64,000 nucleotides of DNA from Eledone cirrhosa (taxonomy: Eukaryota). Numbering within the stretch: the first letter of the stretch is position 1; each line of letters opens with the position of its first letter. The translations under genes and the position numbers were made by a program. This document shows, piece after piece, positions 27,170 through 40,600 of this stretch. Under the pieces are notes generated by a model. The model was not told the DNA's origin. It ran no database searches and worked only from the letters and a program-made list of their open reading frames with translations. The DNA is taken from positions 37,200,001-37,264,000 of the forward strand of contig OZ024743.1 of the NCBI GenBank assembly GCA_964016885.1, read 5' to 3'.

Positions 27170-28499
27170 GCGCAGTCACTGACAATCACACTAAATTCCT
27201 CACTCTCACTGGCACTCACACATTCACAGGCACACATTGCAGAAGTCAACTTGTGTCTGAGTATGACCACTGTCAGCACATATGTAAAAAACATTAGTAA
27301 CAGACTATGGTGTAACCAGGTATGGTGACTAATACCACCTATGATACACCTACCGTGAGTTTGTACACGCAGTGAAACAACGGAAATAGTGGTATTTCAT
27401 CTTTGTAGTCACACACGGTACTCCAACAGCTTTATCGTGTGTTCACCACTCACCAATCTTCTAGTTTCAGAAACAACAATCCAAGATTCCAAAAGTCCTT
27501 GTTATTTGGAGAGTTTAAGAATCTAATGGAAGTATTTGATATAGACACTGAGGGGCATCCTTCACTGATTTCAACGATGTGCCTTCGGTTGTTCGATTAA
27601 TTGAACGCCTAACACATGACTTGTTAAATTAATATATAAGGATCAGTCGATCGACATGATCCCACACCTCCCTCGCGTAACGAGTGATGTGGAGTCCGTC
27701 AAATCAGACCGAGGAAACAATGCTTCCATTGGTCTTTCCAATTGCTAATACTATCTATTGTTCGTAAATCCAGATAGAAGGAACAACGTGAAATAAAATG
27801 TCATGCTGAAGGTCCGGGAATCGAAGTCACAACCTCACGATTGCGAATCCAATTCTCTAACCACTCAGCCACACGCATTCACTACGTAAAACTCATGCAT
27901 AACCAGTGTGACATAATATGTGACAAGTCAAGATATTTGAATTACAGGCACAAAGATTTCTCCCGACGGGCTTTCGAACGCAGTTGTTGTCTATCCAATT
28001 TCACTCATAATTCTGTAGTGGAAAGATAGTGATAAACAAAATTAGTTTTCAATGGAAAACCCCTGTCATTGTTTCTATTTGTTTTTCTATGAGAATTAGA
28101 CAATATTTCGTCCTTGAAATGCAAGGAATAACTCGGTGTCTATTTTGATATTTGTTTTCTACTTTATTGTCAGCTAATTTCACATAAGTAGTTATACTTT
28201 TAGGTAGACATCCATTAATGAAGAAACTTGTTTAAAGAATTATAGATTATGGAACTGCAATTACGCTCTTCTGCACCAGAATCAATAAAATTGTCACTTA
28301 GGAAGTAAAAGGATTTTACGATGAAAATTAAAACATTTTGATAAAAAAAGCAATATTTTTATAGAAACGTTTTAATAAAATTGAAAACGTTTTAAGAAAA
28401 TGTGGCAAAAACATTTCATAATGATAAATACAACTCATTTATTGAAAAAAAAATTTAACATCTTTGATTAGTTATCTGGATAATAGAAATTCCTCAACG

Positions 28500-29840
28500 T
28501 CGAATAAAACTACATAGGAAAACAAGAGAGATTGTTCCAATTACAGAGGGATCTCATTGTTAAGCATCTCCGGTGAAGTCTATGCAAAGAGATGTAGGGA
28601 GATTATCGAGTCCAAGCTAGCTGATGAACAGTGTGGTTTTGGCCCCAGACGCAGCACAGTCGAAGGGATATTAACAATGCAGCAATATTGCCAAGAGGTA
28701 TATTCTAGTTTAGTAGACCTTGAAAAGGCATGACAGCGTTCCTCGGGATCTGCCATGGAAGGTTGTGCAGGAGTATGGGATCGATGGCTGGCTTCTTGTT
28801 GCCCTGATGTCTTTGTCCGTATGCCTGAGTATTTGTGTTCGGATAATGGTGCTAAATCGAAACCATTCAATATGGGAGTCGGACTGCGCCAAGGGTGCGT
28901 ACTATCACCCCTCCTGTTCATTATTTTTATGAACAGGATTGACATGCGCAGCCGGGCTGGAAGAGGTATCGCGACTGGCAGGTGTAAAATCAGTTGGCTC
29001 GAATTTTCAGACGACATGGTGTTACTTAATTCGGCAGAAAGTGATCTCCGACTTGCATTTGATAGGTTTGATGCGAGTGCTGTATGGCTGAAATGAATAT
29101 CAGTTGCGAAAACTGAGACACTCATCTTCTCAAGGAAGTCTGCGCAGTGCACTCTACATTTGAATGACGTTCCACTGAAGCAAGTAGAGAAGTTCATGTA
29201 TTTCGGGGCCGTTTTCACGAGTGATGGAAAGCAGAAGGCTGAATTAAGTGCAAGAATTGCTGGAGCTGGTGAAGTAATGCAGCAGCTTCAGCATTCGGTA
29301 ATCAGAAGAAGGGAGGTGGGTGTAAAAACAAAATTCAGTTGTCATGCCAACCTTTACATATGATCATGGGTATTGACCGAAAGAATACGATCACGAATAC
29401 AACGGTAGAAATGGGGTTCCTCCGAAGGGTCTTGGGAGTAACCTTACTTGATAGAGTGCGTAGCTCGGAAATCATAGTCACTCCAGATAGGGCCACTAAT
29501 TCTCCGATTTGAGAGAAGAATCAGTGGATTTGGAAAAAACCAGATGACAGATTTTACGGGAAAAAGCAATCGGCAAGAGACCCAGATCCTGAACAAGATA
29601 CCTGGATAACATTCATGAGCTTGGCTGCTCTCGCTTGGAGATCCAGACAGATCAATTGGAGATGGTTGTGTCACCCGCGGGAAGGAATGTTCGAGGACTC
29701 TGCCCCCACGATCCTCTCAGGAAGAAGAAGAAGAAGAATAAGAATAATAAGAAGAAGAAGAAGAAAAAGCAGAAGAAAACGAAGAAGAAGAAGAAGGCGA
29801 AAAAGAAGAAGAAGAAGAAGAAGAAGAAGAAGAAGAGAAG
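28500..29840 (+). pseudogene. RTE (Rex3/Expander-like) RT fragment with (AGA)n tail
   Basis: NYRGISLLSISGEVYAKR; EQCGFGPRRST; VDLEKA; GVGLRQGCVLSPLLFIIFM; EFSDD; VEKFMYFG; several frameshifts; (AAG)n at 29720-29840. Confidence 0.9.
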
Positions 29841-29999
29841 AAGTTATGTGTAGACCAAAACTTACTACACTCGTTGGCTAATTTTGTAGAAAATAACTAT
29901 AACAATTCAGACAATGATGGAGTGTTACATATGACATTCAGTAATAAAGAATCTCTTATGTAAAATTGGTCATGATGAGCTACAAATTATCAGTTGGCC

Positions 30000-30781
30000 T
30001 GTTTAAGTACAAACCAACTGTTTAAGTACAAACCAACTGTTTAAGTACAAACCAACTGTTTAAGTACAAACCAACAGTTTAAGTACAAACCAACTGTTTA
30101 AGTACAAACCAACTGTTTAAGTACAAACCAACAGTTTAAGTACAAACCAACTGTTTAAATACAAACCAACTGTTTAAGTACAAACCAACTGTTTAAGTAC
30201 AAACCAACTGTTTAAGTACAAACCAACTGTTTAAGTACAAACCAACTGTTTAAGTACAAACCAACTGTTTAAGTACAAACCAACTGTTTAAGTACAAACC
30301 AACAGTTTAAGTACAAACCAACTGTTTAAGTACAAACCAACTGTTTAAGTACAAACAAACTGTTTAAGTACAAACCAACTGTTTAAGTACAAACCAACTG
30401 TTAAGTACAAACCAACTGTTTAAGTACAAACCAACTGTTTAAGTACAAACCAACTGTTTAAGTACAAACCAACTGTTAAGTACAAACCAACTGTTTAAGT
30501 ACAAACCAACTGTTTAAGTACAAACCAACTGTTTAAGTACAAACCAACAGTTTAAGTACAAACCAACTGTTTAAGTACAAACCAACTGTTTAAGTACAAA
30601 CCAACCGTTTAAGTACAAACCAACTGTTTAAGTACAAACCAACTGTTTAAATACAAACCAACTGTTTAAGTACAAACCAACTGTTAAGTACAAACCAACT
30701 GTTTAAGTACAAACCAACTGTTTAAGTACAAACCAACTGTTAAGTACAAACCAACTGTTTAAGTACAAACCAACTGTTTAG
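30000..30781. repeat. 19-bp minisatellite (tgtttaagtacaaaccaac), ~41 copies
   Basis: Head-to-tail, nearly invariant units with no spacers. Confidence 0.97.
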
Positions 30782-30967
30782 CCAAATACTATTTGTTGAT
30801 CCAGAAAAAAAATCTCTTTAGCTACAAACTATCCGTTTAGTTAAAAAGTATCCATTTAACTACAAATTACACATCCATGGACCATGGGTATGATCCCTAC
30901 ATGATTAAATAACCTGCTAAAAATAGAAGTCACATTTCATTGAAACCACACCGTATCATCTTATATA

Positions 30968-31152
30968 ATTGTTTCTACTTTTGGCACAAGGCCAGCAATT
31001 AAATCAGTGTATTACTGGTACATTATTTTATCTACCCCGCAAGGATGAAATGCAAAGTTAACCTCGGCGGGATTTGAACTCAGAACGTAAGGGGCCATAG
31101 CTCTATGCTACAAAGCATGGTGTCCGACCCTCTACCGATACTGCCAATCCAC
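30968..31152 (-). mobile_element. SINE family A copy
   Basis: Reverse complement of the 1884 consensus. Similar copies at 32703-32920(+), 33055-33245(-), 41922-42100(-), 42460-42641(-), 42735-42895(+), 43954-44138(+). Confidence 0.85.
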
Positions 31153-32048
31153 AGCACTATCATCTTATATAATGAAAGGAGACAAGTTATATTGTAGTTT
31201 CGATATATCGCACTTGAAAACAAGATGATCTCACCTGGAATGACTATGATTATATGCCTGTTCAATCAAGGCTGATCTGGAGTTAAATAACACATTCACC
31301 AACAACAATAATCTCCACCATCGCCACCACCAGCACCACCACCAACAATAACAATGCAGACGACACCAATAACACAACAGCGACGACAAAAACCTCAGTA
31401 GCAACATCAACTATTCGTTGATTCTCTCCTAATTTCCATTATGCTAATTAAATAATAAGTTAAATACATGCTCTATCTAATATTCTCCTGCTATTAATCT
31501 GGATGATTTTCTTTCATCAATATTATGTGAAGTTAGAATTGGTTTATATAAATAACAATGAGAATGTTTTGGACAAATATCTATTGAGCGGAATGCTATG
31601 TCACGCTCTAGTCTCTAAACAAGTGGTATATTTGCTTTTGTATAGTTTGGATGACACGAGGACATCTTTATCTAACTCCTTTAATGAAAATATGAATCTA
31701 TGGAAAAAAATCAATAATACTGTGGATGGTCTCTTTGATCTGTGTGCTAAGTGCAAAATACTTTTTCTACTAAGCTGGCTATTTAAATGAAACACTTCGG
31801 ATTGGTTTATTCTACATAATACAGATCTACTATTTATTTTCTGCGAAGGCACGTGGCTCAGTAGTTAGGATATTCAGCTCACGGCTGTGAGTTTGATTCT
31901 CGGTTGTGTGTCCTCTCCTTGAGTAAAACACTTTATTTCACATTGCTCCAATCCACTGAGCTGGCAAAAATGTGTTGTACCTGTAATTAAAAGGGCCAGC
32001 ATTGTCACACATGTTTTTATGCTGAATCTCTCCCAGAACTATTTTAAG

Positions 32049-32407
32049 GCCATCTAAAAACATCTGACTGATGAAATGACAAGTCAGTCAATCATATTGG
32101 TGGCCTCCCCACAGCACCGGCGGACAGAATGGAGAAGGCGTTTCCCCAGAGGACGGCAAGGGAGACGCGCTGGAAAAGCCACTCCAACTCGCGGGGCTCA
32201 CACCTGCGGCTGGCCAGCTCAGCGCCTATTGTGGTGAGTAAGGAGTTGGCCCTGGGGCCGAGGACACCAGAAGTCTCCACTGCCAGGGGTACAACTGCAA
32301 ACCTGTCGGAGAGCGACCGGTATTTGAAGAGTTTGGCCTCCTCAGCCCGACGTGCAGTAGAACCTGGGTTAGTCGCAGACTGCACCAGGTTGCGGTTGGA
32401 GAAAGGA
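32049..32407 (-). mobile_element. 5'-truncated copy of the CRE-like element inserted in a family B SINE
   Basis: Highly similar to 33440-33740 (PLAVETSGVLG..WLFQRVSLAVLWGNA); flanked by the direct repeat ATTTTAAG (32041-32048, 32408-32415) inside a SINE body. Confidence 0.85.
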
Positions 32408-33418
32408 ATTTTAAGTGTATACGTGTCAGAGGAATGTTCCAGCGCTTGCATGTTAATGAGCAGACTCTTCAGTTGATTTGAACAACTGGAATACTCGATG
32501 TCAGACCAGACAGTAGTACAATATCACATTTTTTATACACCAAGGAGAAATAACGTATCCCCCCAACCCTAACATGTTTTACTTTAGATATAATATTTTA
32601 GTATATTAGTTTATAATTCAAGCATAAGACCGCAGCGGGATAGGAAATTAGTTTAAACAATCTCCAATAGTTGACCGGTACCTTGTTGACAGATTATTAG
32701 AAGGGCGGTGGATTGGCAGTATCGGTAGAGGGTCGGACAACATGCTTTGCGACAAGAGTTACGGCTCTTTATGGTCTGAGTTCAAATTCCGCCGAGGTTA
32801 ACTTAGCCTTTCATCCTTACGGGGTCGATGAAATAAAGTACTAGTCACGCACTGGGGTCGATTTCATCGCCTTCTCCCTCCCCCAAAGTTGCTGGCCTTG
32901 TGCCTCTATAATAAACCATTATTAGAAGGGAAATGAAAACAGATGAAACAGCAACATACACTGAGAAAATGATAACATCTAAACTGAAAACAGATCTCCA
33001 GAACGGTATTATATAATGGTGGCATGAAAACCCACTGGAAATGTCATATAAATAATTGTTTCTACTTTTGGCACACGGCCAGCAATTATCCCAGTGCATT
33101 ACTGTTACTTTATTTTATCGACCCCGTAAGGATGAAAGGCAAAGTTAACCTCGGCGGGATTTGAACTCAGCTCGTAAAGGCACGTAACTCCATGCTGCAA
33201 AGCATGGCGTCCGAGCCTTTATCGATACTGCCAATCCACCGCCCTATAAAAAAAATGTCATATAATTGATACATTTCTTCCCCCAGACTACAATATATCT
33301 ATTCCACAATGAAAGGTTTACTATACATACATCCTAGTAACGTAATCCATGATACATTAAAAAAGACGATATTATAACAAACTTTCTAGTTGTTGTCTTC
33401 CTGTTTCTTCCACAACAA

Positions 33419-36362
33419 CTACAACGGTACGCGATGGGGCCCACCGACAGCCCCGGCGGACAGAATGGAGAAGGCGTTTCCCCAGAGGACGGCAAGGGAG
33501 ACGCGCTGGAAAAGCCACTCCAACTCGCGGGGCTCACACCTGCGGCTGGCCAGTTCAGCGCCTATTGTGGTGAGTAAGGAGGTAGCCCTGGGGTCAAGGA
33601 CACCAGAAGTCTCCACTGCCAGGGGTACGACCACAAACCTGTCGGAGAGCGACCGGTATTTGAGGAGTTTGACCCCTTCAGCCCGACGTGCAGCAGAACC
33701 TGGGTCAGTCGCAGACTGCACCAGGTTGCGGCTGCAGAAAGAGTCGATGCATCCCAGACGAGGGGTTTGCCACCGCGGAACGGGAAGATGGTCATGCCAT
33801 CTGGCCTTTTGTCCTCCCCCCGATCCAACCCCACCGGCTCGAGCTGGAAAGGGAAGCCTGCAGCGTCCAAACCATGCTTAATGACCTCGTTGAGGGCAGC
33901 ATGGCGTGGAATGTGGCCTGCACTGTGGGGACAGGAAAGCGGGTGGAGGCCGAAAGAGTCCACGGTGGAACAGCAGCGACATTGATGTGGCTGGCAGATC
34001 CGGAGGTCGAGCCTCAGGGAAACGCTGATGTGCAGGCTATGGTTGTCCAGGTGCGTGCCAGTGGAGAAGGAGGGCTGGGCATGGAGCTAGGAACCACTGT
34101 GGGATTTGGAGGCCGCACGAAAACAAGCAAGGCGGTGCTGGTCGAGCTGGCGCGTGAGCCTGTCTGAGGCCAGGCTGCACTGGATGGCATCCCAAGTGAG
34201 TTGGGGATATTTAACGTCAACAGGGGGAGAAGGAGGAGGGACGTCTACTGGGCTAAGTCCCAGCCGGTCCCACGTCTCACAGGTTGCCTCATGTTCTTTG
34301 AACACAGAGGGTTCTGTTGTGTTTGAAGAACCCTGCTGAAGAAGACGCGGCACGAGGTTACCGACGAAAGATACGCCGGCAAAGCTAGTGAGATCGGAGA
34401 GCGGAGGTCAAGGCCGCCATACCTGATAGGTAAAGTGGCCTGCTTCCACCCTATGTCGTCAAACTTGACGTTGCATATCTCCTCGGCTGCTGCTCGGATA
34501 CAAGTATCGAGGTCAGCGAGGAGAAATGTCTGGGTGTAGCACGGAGCGCTGCGGAGTGTATAGAGGAGCTTGGGCATGGCGAAGCAGTTCCTCAGCAGAA
34601 AGAGAGCTGGGTGGCCGTCAATCAAGCCCAGTCGGGTCGTGAGTGTCTGGAGCTGTTGAAGCCTGGACCTGATGGTGGAGCAGATGGCCGGCGGGTGGAT
34701 CAGTGACCCGAGGATGAGGACATACTCTTTGGGGGGGTCACCTGAACCTGGCGGAGAATGGACCGTACGTCCAAGACGGAGGCTGCAAAGCTCGCAGCAT
34801 CGAAGCTGACATTCACCACCTCCGACTTGGCCGAGTTGACCTGGAGGCCGATTACCGTCAGGGCAGGAACCACCGATTGAATCATGGCAGACCGTCCGTA
34901 TGGGCCCGCCCAACGTAGCATCATCCAGATACCAAACGTTGAGAAGGGCCGTGATACTCCGGGTGATGTGGTCAATACCAAGGGCGAACAGGAGGGGTCC
35001 AAAGGGTCGCTCTGTTGGACCCCAGTAGGGTATGATCGTATCAGCAGCAAGGAGCATGCTCGGGGCGCCATATGAGGTAGGCCAGCGGGTAGGACGAAGG
35101 GGCTCGGCTGAGGCAGGCCTCGAGCAAATGATCCCGGCGGAAAGAGTTGAAAGTATTCCTCATGTCAAGCTTGACAATGAGGTGCCTGGAGTACCTGGAT
35201 GCCGGTTCCGATGGGCAGCTGTTGAACAACTGCCTGGATGCATGAGCGGCCCCCTCACAGCCACCGGACACGCCGACACCCAGTTGCACCGGACTAAACT
35301 CCTCACCCAGTTCGTGTGTTACGGAATTGCAGGTCACCTTGGCAGCCAGCCTCTGGAAGACATTTCCACGGCAATGGGGCGTATGCCACCCTCTTTCTTC
35401 CTGAGAGCGGTGAGACTGGCCGAAAAAGAGGCCTCGGGCGTAAGGGTCCAGGGCGCCATGAATGAGCCTATTGGGAGCGCCACAATTGCACTCAGAATGC
35501 GGCGCCCGGCCTCAGAAGAGAGAGGGAATATCAACTTGAGGTGGCCTCGTCGGAGACGATCAACACCTCCGCAGCTGCTAGCTGGGAAGGACATGATAGC
35601 GGACATAATGTCTGCATCAGAAGCCACAAGGAGCAAGTGGGGGTCGGGTGGGGGTATGGGTCTGAGATCAGTGGGTGGCTCAGGGTGTTTGAGTCGCAGA
35701 GCAGCTAGGACCTCCTCGGTGGGCAGGAGGACAGTGTCCGCTGAGGCAACAACTCTGACTGCGGCCGAGACATCACCGATGATAAGCTTGGCGTTTACCT
35801 GGTCACGCAAACGCTTGGCGCTGGCCTCGGGGGGGTGGGGTGGGGGGTGGAGGATAGAGGATACCTGTGGGTGGGGTGTGTGACGCCCAAAGGACGAGAC
35901 ATTGGCCTTGACGAAGGCTGTTGTTGACCGGCCGCCCCGGTCAGCGACAGAGCTGGGGAGGCCGAGTGCGAGTGGGGCGAAACAGAACAGCCGCTCGCAG
36001 TCACTGGCTCGATTGGAGTCCAGTGCGGTCTCAATCGAGGAAGCGAGGGCATCGGCTACCGGCACACGTGCCGCTCTCGGTATCCTGAGTGGGATCTTCC
36101 GGAGCCGCCTAAGCAGAGCGATGTTGACCAGCGAGGCTTGGGCGCCAGGCAAGCTCGCTGTACCAGCTGGTGGCGTGCCAGACGGCCGTGGCTGGGAAAA
36201 CGTGGGGAACAGGCAGCTCCTGCACCTCCACGCTGTGAGGGCATTGGAAGCTCGATTAGTCAAGCCAACGCAGGTGAGGTGGTGGAAGCAGCCGCACCCC
36301 AAACAGTTCCGGCCTCTCTTCCGTTTGTTAGTGGTGCTGCAAGTGCTGCAGGTGTCGGCTTG
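33419..36362 (-). mobile_element. CRE-clade-like single-ORF non-LTR retrotransposon (PHD-RT-RLE), frameshifted
   Basis: PHD CSTC..CLGC..HLTC..WRCRSC; RT KKEGGIRPIAV, QLGVGVSGGCEG, KLDMRNTFNSFRRD, GVQQSDPL/GPLLFAL, WYLDD, LGSLI; GGL motif; HPLSC..RHAALN; RPDG..WD; PLAVETSG. GC-rich compared with the flanks. Confidence 0.88.
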
Positions 36363-36367
36363 GAGGG

Positions 36368-36830
36368 ATTGGAAAAATTATCCAAATATAAAAATCTGGA
36401 GATAGAAATGACCCAAGCGTGAATGTTGAAAACAGAATCAACCCCTATACTTATAGGTGCTCTGGGATTTATAAAAAAAAAAACCCAGATAGAGAACCAA
36501 AAGCTCAGGACTACAAATATATACAGCATACAGAAAAATAGCATTACTAGGCAATGTGCACATATTACAAAGAGTACTCTTAATATAATAAAAAACAACA
36601 ACACTAAAATCAACACTGAACTAGCGACTTGAAGATCAAAATTGCTCGTATGTGATCAGTACCACCTAACATGATTAAGATAATTCTAGTTGCCATCGGA
36701 GCTTTGGACGCGATACTACTAAAAGAGAGACCTCGAATCGCAAATTACTTTCCTAGAAAAGACTATTTTGTTAAGAACTGCAGATATACGTAGGAAAAAC
36801 TATCTGTCTAATGTCCTTGTTGAGACTCGA
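36368..36830 (+). pseudogene. Two short 3' fragments of R4/Dong-like RLE retrotransposons
   Basis: EKLSKYKNLEIEM..PILIGALGFIKK..IQK.ALLG..HILQRVL; second remnant VAIGAL..KTILLRTADIRRK. Confidence 0.65.
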
Positions 36831-36981
36831 CAAACAGAAAAAGATCCAGTAATTATATTTACTGAGCAAATCATCAATAATAACATAATGTTTCCAGTGT
36901 AAATATGTAGCTTCTTACCAATATAAAGAGCCACTGTAGTAGTGGAGGCGACAGTAGACAATGGTGGCAATAGTAGTAGTG

Positions 36982-37026
<45 letters not shown>

Positions 37027-37689
37027 ATAGTGACCGTGGTGGTGGTGATTATAGTAGAGGAAGATAGCTGATAACTCCAGAATAACTCCATCTAAGATCT
37101 AAGAACGTTACAAACTCACTTGACAAATATACTTCTTTTTACCGTCTGTTTTTCCCATTATTTGTTGGAAGACGTTCAACTTAATAATAGAAACTTGATT
37201 TTCATTTCAATAGTAAACATATTCGTTTGACAAATTAACTAACACTAACCTTCCAGTTCGTTCTGACTGATGACAACAGGAGCAATAGAAATGCCATTTC
37301 TTGGACTGATTTTAATCAATACGTGTTTCAAGACTACCGATTCTCTTTTCTCTCCATCTATGATAAAGAGGTGAATCCTGACACATTACGTTCTTCTTCT
37401 TCTTCTTCTTCTTCTTCTTCTTCTTCTTCTTCTTCTTCTTCTTCTTCTTCTTCTTCTTCTTCTTCTTCTCACATCATACTAACAAGACGAGATTGTTGCT
37501 CAATTAGAGAGAACAGCAAGCAACGACTGAGTCCCGACCTGTCTAAAATAGCAGCTAAATCTCAATCAAATTGCACCATGCTCTCTTTTAAATTGAAGTA
37601 AGAAAAAACAAGAGAACATGTTGAAAATGTAGCATGAGATAAATTGTGTAAAAAGATGAGGTTATTAGAACTGGCATGCATTTTGATTT

Positions 37690-40600
37690 TACCCTGACAA
37701 CCAGGGCAAGTGCTCTCTCCCAGGTGTCCCCCCTCAATCTACAGACACACGCTCAGAGAAGGCCCATTCACCCAGGCAATTCTCGCCTCTTTCACCCACC
37801 TTTCAACAAATTGCTTTGAAGGCACTACTTTCTTCTCCACCCTGATTTTTCTCTTCAAATGGAACTTGAAAAAGTTAATCAGGAGGTTGCTGAAGAAGAA
37901 AGGGCCCGTCTTCACCCATTTCAGACGCGTCCACCACATGACCTCTTTCGCCATGGTCACCAGACAGACAAAAACAGTTTGCCATTCCTGGGCGATTTTG
38001 AGGATGGACTCAGTTGACAGTTGGATTCATCCTACACGTGACAGCAAGTGTTCAAGATAAACCCACAAGACAACGATACTCGGACACTGGACACTGGACG
38101 AGTGTGTGCACGACGGACAATCTCGGCTGACGGCACTTCCATGCAGGTAGAGTTTATCTCGAACCGGCAATATTCCACGACAGCACTATGGATAACTATG
38201 GATAACTTCCAGAAATCCACCAGGAATTTCTGGAAGTTATCCATAGACCCTACACCGAAAGTCCACTTTTACCCATCAGAAGCTCTCTATAGAATGCTAA
38301 AGTAGAGTTTCCACCGATTGTAGTACCCGATTGTCTGAGAGCTGTGAAAAATTGAAGACATTCTATCCACTATGAAGCCCCCTCCCCCGGCAGATCTCCG
38401 TTTGGGGCCATTCACTCTCACCACAGAGCCGATGTCGCTGTCCATTACAGCGATCCGTCTCCTGAAAACGGGTCCAAAGCCGGCTGCGCCGAGGACCACC
38501 ACTAAGTATGGATGGTCGATCCTATTGAATTCTTTCGATTGATCCAAGTTGATCGTGCCAGGTTCCTTAGCCCCCCTCTCTATGACGTATTGCATGGGGT
38601 GGAGGTTGTCGTGGATGGATCTATCTGGAATGGCGAATATCTGTGCCCTCTTTATCAGACTCCCGACGACAAGCGCCACCCTCGTCACTAACACCCTGAC
38701 CAACATTTTGAACTCTGCGTTTAGCAGAATTATGGGTCTGAAATAATCTATGTAGATCCGCTCTTTGGCTCACAGAACTGGCAATACTCCCGTTCTGCTG
38801 CCAATTGCATTAGACATATGCCAAACGGTCGCTGAACAAATCTGATATGTTAACGTAAAACTCGTAACCAAGCGATTTAGCCAGCGTGCAGGCAGTCATT
38901 ACATTCCATATTTCAACGGCTTTTACGGGCCTTTCGCAGCACTCCGCCTCCGTTGTCGAGAGCTACGTCAGACCGTCGAGGTAGGGACTGAAGTTCGTCT
39001 CCTGAGATAACCCTTGACTGCTTCCGTACAATTGAGCGAAGTGTTGCAGAAAGGCCGCACAAATCTGCTTGGGATCGAATAACGTGTACTTGAGGTAGTG
39101 CGTCAAAGACCGAATTATGTCTTTGTTCCCACGCTGTGCCTCTGTCACTTGGGCCCATAGAACGGCTTTTGCCACTTGGTGTCTAAGAGCACGTGGCCTA
39201 GCTCTGACAACACAGCTTTCGTTCAGCTTCCAGTAGCCGGGATCTGTCATAAATTCGTGATCTGTGTAGTCGACTAACTTGAATTGTTGTCAACCTATGC
39301 TAGACTTATTTATTTCCCTACAAAAAATATATCCTTTCTAGATCCTATCTAGATACAATCTGATGCATTTTGTCCCTTTCCACATTGGAACATTCGGGAT
39401 ATCCAGTCGGTACCTGTCAGACATTTGAAAGCATCTGAGCAGGTTTGCGAGGCTTTTATACCCCCTTCTAGTCCCAGCGTGTATCCAAGATCCCGTTCCA
39501 ATAGCCCACTAACACTAAAGAGTGTGACGCTCCGAGGAAGGTCTCCAGGCGCCGGAAGAAATCAGGCAGCCCTGCTCCTGTCGGGGCATAGACGGCCACT
39601 AACTTGAAGGCGTACACTTTGTTGCTGGTCATGTCCAGTAGTACCAACCTACTTTCTGGATACAAAATGTCCCGTGTCGCGAGATCTAGACCTCTCCGAA
39701 ACCACAGAGCTACTCAGTCTCCAGATCCTGGATAGCTTGGAGATGAGTACACATCGTAGCCGCCGAAAATGAATGCGAAGCCTCATGGTTCGGAGATTCT
39801 GATTTCACTGATGGTCACCACATCTATCTTCAACTCAGGTCGTTGAGCAGGTGGCCCTGATTCCAAGATGACCTTAGGTCACGTGCGTTTATACTGCCCA
39901 TCCAGAGAGAGGCCATTTCGGATAAAGTAGGAGGAAACCAGTGAGAGGGGGGAAAAAATCTACCTTTGGCTTTTTGGAGGGAAGTTGATGGATCCATCCT
40001 CCCGACCGGTTGTGGGTTTCTCCACGAGGATATCAGAATATATTCTTTTCGAGAGAGTCTTTCAATAGTCCCCAATTGCCTTTTGAGATATTTCAATTAT
40101 ATTTATGTGTTGGAGGACCAATTTTTGTGGGTATACGTAATATGTTTCTGTAATATTGGTGTTGTGCTGTATATAATTTAGTGTTTTTTGGTTGTTTATG
40201 TCTATTGCTGTGTATTGCGTTTGCGTTGGGATGTTGGTGTTTTCGATATTAACTGTAGTGATGATGGAGATGACCATTTGATCAATGATGATGGCGGTGG
40301 TGAAGATTTTGCTCTTTTTGTTTTTCGTGGGCCGATGGTTTGCCCCCACTCAGCGTCCTCACACTCAATATCCGACTGTGCGACATCGGGGAGGGGTATG
40401 TTTCCACCGGTGTTGGTGTTGCTGATGGTGGTGAAGGTGGTGATTTTGTTGTTGATATAGCTGGTGTTGGTGCTAGTGTCGGTGCTTTTGCAGCTACTGT
40501 GGCCAGCACTCCTCGTAACCTCATCCCGCTTCCAGTGCACCACGCGGTCCGAACCGAGAAAAAAACCCAAGCAGGTCTATCGCCTAACGTCACTATCCGA

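Noticed and set aside
30000-30781. CRISPR-like array
   Set aside because: Units are contiguous with no unique spacers, there are no cas genes, and the context is eukaryotic.
35032-36405. Plus-strand ORFs of 283 and 167 aa
   Set aside because: Antisense shadows of the GC-rich CRE-like ORF, with no recognisable motifs.
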